A stretch of 46,684 bases of DNA from Candidatus Micrarchaeota archaeon (lineage in GTDB: Archaea; Aenigmatarchaeota; Aenigmatarchaeia; QMZP01; QMZT01), in contig JAADIF010000043.1 of the NCBI GenBank assembly GCA_013151465.1, positions 1-46,684 of the forward strand. The letters run 5' to 3'. Position numbers and translations under genes: made by a program. Positions 8,680 to 16,168 of this stretch are shown here, piece by piece (within the stretch, counting starts at the first letter, position 1; the number at the start of each line of letters is the position of its first letter). The notes beneath the pieces were generated by a model. The model worked only from the letters and a program-made list of their open reading frames with translations, made no database searches and had not been told where the DNA came from.

Positions 8680-9168
8680 ATGTTATTTAAGGGATCATAC
8701 AAAACAACCAATATGGGAGATTATCTTTCCGGAAGGCCGAAAAAGCGCGTGCTTCCCATGGATGAACAGGAGCGGATAATAAAGGAAGCGGTCGAGCTTG
8801 TGAGAAGGGAGCTTTCGGGCAATCCCCGCGTAAAGCTTGTGATGCTTACAGGCAGTGCGCTTTCTTATTCAATCGGAAAATATGAAAAGCCGCTTTCCGA
8901 AAAATACGCAAGACAGTATTCGGATATAGATTTTACGGCAATAACAGGCGGAAAGCTTTCCCCAAAGCCGGGATGGGCACTTATTGCAGAGAGGGACTTT
9001 TGGGAAGTATACCGGCTCGGCAAAATTGAAGGCAAATATCCCGTCGAGTGCCTCTTCATCGAGGATGCAACGCTTAAGGATGACGAAAAAAGGAAGATTG
9101 CAGAAGGAAAGGGCATCCCTTCCGGCAGGGACTCTCCTGTGCCTCACAGGGTTGTTTATGAGCGGTGA
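8680..9168 (+). CDS. nucleotidyltransferase-fold protein
   Basis: MLTGSALSYS ... YSDIDFTAI matches the G-S ... D-x-D minimal NTase signature. The start is uncertain, with in-frame Met12 and Met27. Confidence 0.5.
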   Translation: MLFKGSYKTTNMGDYLSGRPKKRVLPMDEQERIIKEAVELVRRELSGNPRVKLVMLTGSALSYSIGKYEKPLSEKYARQYSDIDFTAITGGKLSPKPGWALIAERDFWEVYRLGKIEGKYPVECLFIEDATLKDDEKRKIAEGKGIPSGRDSPVPHRVVYER

Positions 9169-9219
9169 TTTTCGCATTTTCTTACTTAAAACCTTGCGGG
9201 CTATAATTAAACGATTTAT

Positions 9220-9807
9220 ATGCTGACGTTTGAAGGCATCAGGCGTGTCTATGAGGAAGAGCGAAAAAACCCGAACATACTGGCAAAGCTGCCGGAGAAC
9301 TTCTTTGAAGAATTCAGGATATATCTTGAGAACAAGAAAAGGGCGGTCATGCGAGGCGAGGACGAAGCACTTGAGCTTGAGACGGCAAAAAGGCGCCTTG
9401 AATCCATCTTTGAGGCACGAGAAAGAAAAATAGTCAACGCTGCCCTTGATCATGTAAGGACAGGGCTTTCCCCCCAGAACATGCTCGAAGAGGAGGAAGC
9501 GCTCTTTAATGCGATAGTTGCGCAGATAAAACTATTCAGGGATGAGATGGCAAAAACCATATCGCGCAAGGCGGCGGAAACGCCGAAGGGCGATGAACCG
9601 TCTGAAGAGAAACTTCCGGAGGCGAAAGAAAAAAACACGCAAGACGAACTTGTAATTGTAGATTTCAAGGAGGATGTCGGAAAGTTTATGGGCATAGATC
9701 TTGTTGCATACGGCCCTTTCAGGAAAGGCGATATAGCATCAGTGCCGCGCGAGAATGCCGAGGTGCTTGAAAGGACGAAAAAAGGCACAATCATTAAACC
9801 TTTATAA
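9220..9807 (+). CDS. GINS complex subunit (Gins51-like)
   Basis: The N-terminus LTFEGIRRVYEEERKNPNILAKLPENFFEEFRIYL matches archaeal GINS. At 195 aa the size fits, and the gene sits next to the primase gene. Confidence 0.6.
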   Translation: MLTFEGIRRVYEEERKNPNILAKLPENFFEEFRIYLENKKRAVMRGEDEALELETAKRRLESIFEARERKIVNAALDHVRTGLSPQNMLEEEEALFNAIVAQIKLFRDEMAKTISRKAAETPKGDEPSEEKLPEAKEKNTQDELVIVDFKEDVGKFMGIDLVAYGPFRKGDIASVPRENAEVLERTKKGTIIKPL

Positions 9808-9857
9808 ATTTAAGCGGCAATGACTATAAACTATATCCTATATATGTGGTGATATTT

Positions 9858-10142
9858 GTGAAATTTCCCAAAGTAAAGAAAATGTATTGCCCCACGTGCA
9901 AAAAACACACAGAACACACCGTAAAGCAGTCCAAGAGGAAGGGAAGGGGAAAAGCGCATCCCAATTGCCAAGCACAAAGAAGATTCAAAAGAAAGCTTGA
10001 GGGATATGGCTCGTTCCCAAGGCCGAATCCGAAAGGAGAGGGAAAACCCACAAAACGCCTCGACCTGCGGTATACGTGCAAGGAGTGCGGAAAGGCGCAG
10101 ACGAGAGGGGGCTTTAAAGTTAAGAAGTTCGAGCTTACATAA
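9858..10142 (+). CDS. rpl44e: 50S ribosomal protein L44e (eL42)
   Basis: (M)KFPKVKKMYCPTCKKHTEHTV ... YTCKECGKA shows the two CxxC pairs. A start at GTG 9858 gives the canonical MKFPK N-terminus, whereas the tracked ORF starts at 9846. Confidence 0.9.
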   Translation: MKFPKVKKMYCPTCKKHTEHTVKQSKRKGRGKAHPNCQAQRRFKRKLEGYGSFPRPNPKGEGKPTKRLDLRYTCKECGKAQTRGGFKVKKFELT

Positions 10143-10163
10143 GGCGATATTGCAAGAGGTGTC

Positions 10164-10337
10164 ATGATGGCGTCAAGATTTATTAAGGTCAAATGCAAGA
10201 AATGCAAAAATGAGCAGGTTATATTCGAGAAGCCTGCAACTGTTGTGAAGTGCCTTGTCTGCGGCGAGGTCATATCCGAGCCGACAGGCGGTAAAGGCTC
10301 CATTCACAGGGAGAATATAATCGGGGTGGCCGAGTGA
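10164..10337 (+). CDS. rps27e: 30S ribosomal protein S27e (57 aa, below the ORF-track cutoff)
   Basis: Manual translation gives [57 protein letters not shown]. It has a C4 zinc ribbon and the PTGGK motif. Its TGA stop overlaps the GTG start of the next gene (GTGA). Confidence 0.9.
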   Translation: MMASRFIKVKCKKCKNEQVIFEKPATVVKCLVCGEVISEPTGGKGSIHRENIIGVAE

Positions 10338-11110
10338 AGAAGAATGGCCGGCCAGAGCAAAACGAGCTTGTTGTGTGCAAAATAACAAACATAAATCCAA
10401 ATTCTGCTTTTGCAAAACTTATAGAGTACGAAGACCTTACGGGAATGATACATGTTTCTGAGGTCGCGAATAGATGGGTTAGAAACATCAGGGAGTTTCT
10501 CAAGGAAAACCAGTACGTCGTATGCAAAATAATGCGCATCGACGGAAACCATATATCGCTTTCCGCAAAAAGGGTAAGCCCCGATCAGGCAATCCGCAGG
10601 ATGAACGAGTACAAGAGGGAAGTGAAGGCGGAGAAGCTGCTTGAGATGTTCTCAAAGAACTCAAACATAAATTTTGACACGATCGAAGAAGAAGTGATAT
10701 TCCCGTTACAGGAGTCATTTGGCTCGCTGTCAAAGGCGTTTGACATCGCTTTCAAGAACGAAGAGCTTTTCAGGAAAAGAAGCGACCTTTCGAAAAAATG
10801 GGCAGATGCCATCATAGATCTGATAAAAAAGAACTATTCCGAGAAGATTTATACGCTAAAATCAGAGCTGAAGCTAGTGTCATACTCGCCTGACGGGGTT
10901 GACGTCATAAAAAAAGCGCTCGTCAAGGCGAAAAAGAACGGTTTTGATGTAAAATATATATCTGCGCCCAAATATATCATATCAAAATCCGGGAAGAACT
11001 TCAAGGATATCCATTCTGTACTTCTTTCTGAGAGCGAAAGAATCGTAAAGGACATACAAAAGGGCGGCGGGGACGCTTCATTTGACATAGAGAACAAGGC
11101 ACGAAAATAA
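10334..11110 (+). CDS. eif2a: translation initiation factor aIF2 alpha subunit
   Basis: The S1 domain ([34 protein letters not shown]) and the 258-aa length fit. The gene belongs to the conserved L44e-S27e-aIF2alpha operon. Confidence 0.9.
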   Translation: MKKNGRPEQNELVVCKITNINPNSAFAKLIEYEDLTGMIHVSEVANRWVRNIREFLKENQYVVCKIMRIDGNHISLSAKRVSPDQAIRRMNEYKREVKAEKLLEMFSKNSNINFDTIEEEVIFPLQESFGSLSKAFDIAFKNEELFRKRSDLSKKWADAIIDLIKKNYSEKIYTLKSELKLVSYSPDGVDVIKKALVKAKKNGFDVKYISAPKYIISKSGKNFKDIHSVLLSESERIVKDIQKGGGDASFDIENKARK

Positions 11111-11152
11111 ATTCTATCAAATTTTATATAAATCAGGATATAGGTTAGTATT

Positions 11153-12493
11153 ATGGTTCTTGACAGGTTGGGCTCTGGATTGAAGGACACGTTCAAACGC
11201 ATAGCCGGGCTTGGAGTTGTCGACAAGAAAGCAGTCGAGATGGTCATAAGGGACCTTCAGCGCGTCCTTCTCCAAAGCGACGTTGATGTCAAGATGGTCT
11301 TTGAGATGACAACCCGCATAAAGGAGAGAATTCTCAAGGAAAAGCCCCCTACAGGCCTTACACTGAAGGAGTATTTCATCCGGGTCCTTTATGACGAGCT
11401 TGTCGCATTCCTGGGCGAGGAGCAGGGCTCATTTTCACTCAAGCCGCAAAAGATTCTTCTCATAGGGCTTTTTGCGTCGGGAAAGACCACGACCGCAGGA
11501 AAGCTTGCAAAATGGTTCAAGACAAGGGGTCTTTCACCCGCGCTTGTCGGCTGCGACGTCCACAGGCCGGCCGCAAGGGAGCAGCTTTCGCAGCTTGCGG
11601 AAAAGATGGACGTTCCTGTATACATTGACGGGAAAACGGCTGAGGAGACGGCGGAAAACGCGCTTTCAGAATCGAAAGAGGATGTTATAATATTCGATTC
11701 AGCGGGTCGCAATGCACTCGATGAGGAGCTTGCTGCAGAACTCAGGAATCTCGGGGAGATAATAAAGCCCGATGAGGTCCTTCTTGTGATACCCGCAGAC
11801 ATCGGGCAGGCTGCAAGGAGGCAGGCAGAAGAGTTCAGCAAGCTTGTCGGCATAACGGGCATAATAATAACAAAGATGGACGGGACTGCCAAGGCGGGAG
11901 GCGCGCTTGCAGCTGCTGCCGCGTCCGGCGCAAAGGTCAAGTTCATGGGTGTGGGGGAAAAGCCCGCTGACCTTGAGCAGTATGACCCAAAGAGGTTTGT
12001 CTCCAAGCTTATCGGATACGGCGACATTCAGGGCCTTATAGAAAAGGCGAAGAACGCCGGATTCAATGAAGACGCGGCAAAGAGGATGATGGAGGGAAAG
12101 TTCACCCTCAACGAGTTCTACGAGCAGCTCAAGTCGATGCAGGGCATGGGCTCGCTTTCCAAAATGCTCGACATGATTCCCGGGCTTTCATCAAGCGGGC
12201 TCATGAAGAAGATGCCCGCAGGCTTTATGGACGTGCAGGAAGAGAAGATGAAGAAATGGAAATACGCAATAGACAGCATGACGCCTGAAGAGAGGGAAAA
12301 CCCCGACATAATAAAGAACACAAGAATATCGAGGATAGCAAAGGGCTCCGGAACAAAAGAAAGCGACATAAGGGACCTTCTCAAAAACTTCAAGCAGATA
12401 AAGAAGGTAATGAAAATGGCCGGCGGGGGAAAGGGATTGAAAAGAGGGCCTCTTGCGCGTCTTATGAAGCAGATGGGTGTTGGGGGGATTTGA
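11153..12493 (+). CDS. srp54: signal recognition particle protein SRP54
   Basis: Contains the GLFASGKTTT P-loop, DSAGR and TKMDG motifs, and a Met-rich M domain. Confidence 0.95.
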   Translation: MVLDRLGSGLKDTFKRIAGLGVVDKKAVEMVIRDLQRVLLQSDVDVKMVFEMTTRIKERILKEKPPTGLTLKEYFIRVLYDELVAFLGEEQGSFSLKPQKILLIGLFASGKTTTAGKLAKWFKTRGLSPALVGCDVHRPAAREQLSQLAEKMDVPVYIDGKTAEETAENALSESKEDVIIFDSAGRNALDEELAAELRNLGEIIKPDEVLLVIPADIGQAARRQAEEFSKLVGITGIIITKMDGTAKAGGALAAAAASGAKVKFMGVGEKPADLEQYDPKRFVSKLIGYGDIQGLIEKAKNAGFNEDAAKRMMEGKFTLNEFYEQLKSMQGMGSLSKMLDMIPGLSSSGLMKKMPAGFMDVQEEKMKKWKYAIDSMTPEERENPDIIKNTRISRIAKGSGTKESDIRDLLKNFKQIKKVMKMAGGGKGLKRGPLARLMKQMGVGGI

Positions 12494-12525
12494 TAAGGCA
12501 TTACGATGCGGTTTTTATTCTAATT

Positions 12526-12612
12526 ACTATTATCTACTAATTTCTACTAATTTAGTAGAAAACTTTTTAAGCCGGAAATACTATTATCTACTAATTTCTA
12601 CTAAATTAGTAG
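12526..12612. promoter_or_regulatory. two 33-bp direct repeats (32/33 identical), each with CTACTAA x2 plus an inverted TTAGTAG, upstream of the Fic gene
   Basis: Copy 1 is at 12526-12558 and copy 2 at 12580-12612, 54 bp apart start to start. They differ only at the central base of the palindrome CTACTAA-N-TTAGTAG. Copy 2 ends 10 bp before the ATG at 12623. Confidence 0.75.
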
Positions 12613-12622
12613 TTGTGTTATT

Positions 12623-13906
12623 ATGAAACTACCCAAAAAGCCCCCGGAGATTAAAAAAGAAGACGATATTGTGCATTTATTAAAAGACACAAATCGTGAT
12701 ATATTTGAAAAGGCAATTGAATACAACAGAAAGTACCTTTATTACTCCGAAGTTTTTCATAGATGTAAAAATAAAAAAGAAGCTTCAAAAATATGGCTTC
12801 TCATGAAGATATTTAGAATGGCAAAATATGAGAATATAGATTTCAAGCCAATCAGAATGAAATATTACCCACTGAGCGATTTTAATGCCAAATTGCACAA
12901 ATTCGACAAATTTCTTGCCGGAAATATTGGAATAGATGCAAAAAGCATGGGAATGAGCCAGAGATATATAATAAGCTCCCTCATGGAAGAGGCGATAGCA
13001 TCAAGCATTCTTGAAGGTGCATCCACGACAAGAAAAATTGCAAAGGACATGCTCAGGTCCGGAAGAAAGCCCCGGACAAAATCAGAGATGATGATAACAA
13101 ACAACTACGAAACGTTGCGTTATATTGTAGAAAATAAGAACAGGAAGATGTCCCCTGAATTTCTCCTTGAGCTTCAGAGGATGATAACCAGGGGTACTCT
13201 TGAAAAATCCGATGATGAGGGGAGATTCAGGACAAGGGATGATATAATTGTCGGCGACAGAATAGACCCCGAAATTATAGCGCACATTCCCCCTAAACAT
13301 AAAGAACTGCCAAAGCTGATAGATGCGTTCTGTGATTTTGCCAACAACGATGCAGGAAGATTCCTGCACCCTGTTTTGAAAGGAATCGTGCTCCATTTTC
13401 TGATAGGTTACATGCACCCTTTCAATGACGGGAACGGGAGGACGGCAAGAAGCGTGTTCTATTGGTATCTTATATCGAGAGGTTACTGGCTTTTTGAATA
13501 TATGGCGGTTTCCAGAGCAATTGTCAGATCGAGAAAAAAATACGATCTTGCCTTCCTTTATACGGAATACGACAATATGGACCTTACATATTTTTTCAAA
13601 TACAATCTGGAGTGCATAGACAGGGCCCTTGAAGACATGCTTGCTTATATAAAAAGAAAGCAGGCAGAGCAACAGGACGCAAAGACCATATTGCAGAAAT
13701 ATCCGGAAATTAACCTCAGGCAGGCAATGATAGCAGAAGAATTCATGAAAAATCCGGACAAAATCTTTACAATAAAGGAAATCATGGAGACATTCAAAGT
13801 CGCCTATGAAACGGCAAGAAAGGACATGATGGAGCTTGAAAAGAGGGGAATTGCAAAAAAGAAGAAGGCAGGAAAGGCTTTCATATTTGTGCATGGTGGA
13901 AAATGA
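12623..13906 (+). CDS. Fic family protein (COG3177-type) with N-terminal inhibitory helix and C-terminal winged-helix domain
   Basis: The Fic motif is HPFNDGNGRTARS and the inhibitory motif S-x-x-x-E-G appears as SSILEG. The C-terminal IKEIMETFKVAYETARKDMMELEKRGI is wHTH-like. Confidence 0.9.
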   Translation: MKLPKKPPEIKKEDDIVHLLKDTNRDIFEKAIEYNRKYLYYSEVFHRCKNKKEASKIWLLMKIFRMAKYENIDFKPIRMKYYPLSDFNAKLHKFDKFLAGNIGIDAKSMGMSQRYIISSLMEEAIASSILEGASTTRKIAKDMLRSGRKPRTKSEMMITNNYETLRYIVENKNRKMSPEFLLELQRMITRGTLEKSDDEGRFRTRDDIIVGDRIDPEIIAHIPPKHKELPKLIDAFCDFANNDAGRFLHPVLKGIVLHFLIGYMHPFNDGNGRTARSVFYWYLISRGYWLFEYMAVSRAIVRSRKKYDLAFLYTEYDNMDLTYFFKYNLECIDRALEDMLAYIKRKQAEQQDAKTILQKYPEINLRQAMIAEEFMKNPDKIFTIKEIMETFKVAYETARKDMMELEKRGIAKKKKAGKAFIFVHGGK

Positions 13907-13966
13907 CGTCCCTACGTTTGCCGGTAAGGATTTCCATTTTTATTTATTTGTGCAAATATTCGGTAT

Positions 13967-15187
13967 ATGCCAGGGAGAAAATCACTTTTATTATTGGCGT
14001 TTATGGCGGTTTTTCTGATTGCATCGGCCCCTTTTGCATCTGCAGATATGATGGCTGACGCAGAAGCCCTGAAAGGGAAGCTGTCTGATTTTGTCGGCGC
14101 AAATGAAGCTGTGATTGTCAAGGGATCCTATACATCAGTAACCGAGAATGCTCTTTTCTATGCCGTTTCTAAGACTTACGATGAGCTTTCCGATATACCC
14201 GTTGTAGACGAAAAGGAATATGATCCCGCTGCGTGGAAAGGCAAGGTTATCATCCTCATAGGCGGTCCTGTCCAGAACGGGATATCAAGGGAATTGATGA
14301 AAAAATACGCAGACAATGCAGAAGAGATAAAACTTTCTGCCGGAAGGGCGGTATTCATAGATGCGGGCGATATAAAGGCAATAATTTTTTCTGATAACGA
14401 GGGCTTTGACGGCATCAGGAAAGCAAGGGAAAATTCTCCGCTCGCACCATTGGTCAGCCCTGAAATGGTTCCCGTGGCAGCGACTGGTGTTGGTACCGGG
14501 CTTTTAATCTTCTGGAAGTTTCTTGCCGGGCTCCTTACTAAGGTCATGAAATTCAAGGCCGCATCAAAAATCATGAAAAAAGTCAAAAAGAGGGAACTCA
14601 AGAAGAGTTTCTTGGGGAAAACTATCAGAGGGGTGCGCATAAAGGTGAGGGAATGGGCATCAATATTGATATCGGCCCTGATATTTGCGGTTTCCCTTTC
14701 ATACATATATCTTTCCCCTGGCATGGATATTCCCGTGTTCCTTCTGCTGACTGTTCTTGTCAATTTCATAGTCTATTCCATAAGGCACGGTATGCGCCTT
14801 GTTCTGGACAAACACTATGGACATCATACAGAATATCACATCTGGTATAAAGGTGCAATAATCACCGCTATTACCGGATGGCTTGGCAACACGTTCTCTC
14901 TTGCCGGCTACATTGTCGGTGAAAAGAAAGAAGAGAACGAGGGAAAGGTGAGTTTCATCATCAACATGGCGACGTTTGCGGCGTTTATTGTGTTCTGGAT
15001 ATGGAATTTCCTTGAGCCGAACCTTATAGTCCACATGGCCATGCTTCTTACGCTCGCAATAGCATTCCTTCAGATGCTCCCCGTAAGCCCGTTTTCAGGA
15101 AAAGGCATATTCGGGTGGAATAAGAAATTGTGGATGGTGGGCTTTGCGCCGCTTTTGATAGCATATGTGCTTGTGAATGTAATTTGA
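13967..15187 (+). CDS. multi-pass membrane protein with signal peptide and extracytoplasmic N-domain; possible degenerate site-2-protease (M50)-like core
   Basis: Has a signal peptide (LLLLAFMAVFLIASAPFASA) and several hydrophobic helices. SIRHGMRLV sits where HExxH is expected, and LQMLPVSPFSGKG where NxxPxxxLDG is expected. Confidence 0.55.
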   Translation: MPGRKSLLLLAFMAVFLIASAPFASADMMADAEALKGKLSDFVGANEAVIVKGSYTSVTENALFYAVSKTYDELSDIPVVDEKEYDPAAWKGKVIILIGGPVQNGISRELMKKYADNAEEIKLSAGRAVFIDAGDIKAIIFSDNEGFDGIRKARENSPLAPLVSPEMVPVAATGVGTGLLIFWKFLAGLLTKVMKFKAASKIMKKVKKRELKKSFLGKTIRGVRIKVREWASILISALIFAVSLSYIYLSPGMDIPVFLLLTVLVNFIVYSIRHGMRLVLDKHYGHHTEYHIWYKGAIITAITGWLGNTFSLAGYIVGEKKEENEGKVSFIINMATFAAFIVFWIWNFLEPNLIVHMAMLLTLAIAFLQMLPVSPFSGKGIFGWNKKLWMVGFAPLLIAYVLVNVI

Positions 15188-15280
15188 GCATTGCAGAATC
15201 CACAAAAATAAAATGCATAAAACCCGCGTTCCGGCCAATCATGAAAGAGCGATTCTTCCGGAAAGCTTTAAATAGGTTAT

Positions 15281-15320
15281 TTATAAAGTATTTATAAACC
15301 CTTTATAAAGGACTTATAAA
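15281..15320 (+). promoter_or_regulatory. four TTATAAA (TATA-box-like) elements at exact 11-bp spacing upstream of the TBP gene
   Basis: TTATAAA starts at 15281, 15292, 15303 and 15314. Box 3 is embedded in the 10-bp palindrome CTTTATAAAG. The last box ends 33 bp before the ATG at 15353, and a GGTGGGGGG SD-like element lies at 15338-15346. Confidence 0.7.
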
Positions 15321-15352
15321 GGAGGGTTTTCTAATTTGGTGGGGGGATTTTT

Positions 15353-15973
15353 ATGGCTAAATCTGGAAGCAAAAGTAAAGGCAAGAAAAGCAAGTTTTCT
15401 ATAAAGATTGAAAACGTTGTGGCCTTTTCCGTTTTGGGCGTTGATATATCGCTAAATCACGTCGTTTCGTCTATCGAAAGTGCAGAATACGAGCCCGAGC
15501 AATTCCCAGGGCTTGTATACAGAACGCAGGACCCAAGGGCGGCTGCGCTCATCTTTTCGTCGGGCAAGATTGTCTGTACAGGAACAAAGAGTATCGAGTT
15601 GGCCCATGTCGCGATGGAGAAAGTTGTTGCGAAATTAAGGGAAATAGGGATAAAAGTTCCCAAGAAATATCCGGTAAATATTGAAAATATTGTCGCGTCA
15701 TCCAAAATAGATGCAAAGCTTTCTCTTGACGATATAGCCTTCTCTCTTGAGGATGCAGAATACGAGCCCGAGCAATTCCCAGGGCTTGTATACAGAATAA
15801 AGGAACCGAGAGTGGCATTCCTTCTCTTCAGCTCTGGAAAGATAATCTGCACAGGTGCACACGAGATAGATGATATATACACGGCACTTGACAAATTCCG
15901 GGTAAAGCTCGAGGAGATAGGCGTCAAGGCGACTCCGTCAAAGCCGGACGACATTGACAAGAAGAGCAAATAG
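15353..15973 (+). CDS. tbp: TATA-box binding protein
   Basis: Contains two TBP repeats, each with AEYEPEQFPGLVYR and SSGKI(V/I)CTG. Confidence 0.95.
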   Translation: MAKSGSKSKGKKSKFSIKIENVVAFSVLGVDISLNHVVSSIESAEYEPEQFPGLVYRTQDPRAAALIFSSGKIVCTGTKSIELAHVAMEKVVAKLREIGIKVPKKYPVNIENIVASSKIDAKLSLDDIAFSLEDAEYEPEQFPGLVYRIKEPRVAFLLFSSGKIICTGAHEIDDIYTALDKFRVKLEEIGVKATPSKPDDIDKKSK

Positions 15974-16019
15974 GACATCTGTTAACTTTTTATTTTTCCG
16001 CCGTCATTTTATCTTTAAA

Positions 16020-16133
16020 GTCGGGGTGGCCGAGCGGTTAAGGCGCAGGGTTGCTAACCCTGTTCCCTTCGGGGAGCTTGGGTTCGAATCGTTTTGCCAT
16101 TTCCTGCAAAATGCGAACATCCCAACCCCGACG
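16020..16133 (+). tRNA. tRNA-Ser (anticodon GCU) with a 31-nt non-canonical intron in the T-loop (between positions 59 and 60)
   Basis: - Acceptor stem: GTCGGGG / CCCCGAC.
- D-arm: GCC..GGC.
- Anticodon arm: CAGGG-TTGCTAA-CCCTG.
- Long variable arm: TCCC-TTCG-GGGA.
- T-stem: TTGGG (16078-82) / CCCAA (16121-25).
- T-loop: TTCGAA|T, interrupted by the intron at 16089-16119.
- A bulge-helix-bulge can be drawn around the intron.
- No CCA is encoded. Confidence 0.85.
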
Positions 16134-16168
16134 CTTTTATTTTTGAGAAGTTCAGGAGCGAGGCGTAT

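Noticed and set aside
12526-12612. The two 33-bp direct repeats separated by a 21-bp unique segment might be a mini CRISPR array.
   Set aside because: There are only two copies, the internal structure is built of 7-bp half-sites, and they sit directly at a promoter or start codon. There are no cas genes and no further repeats. An operator interpretation fits better.
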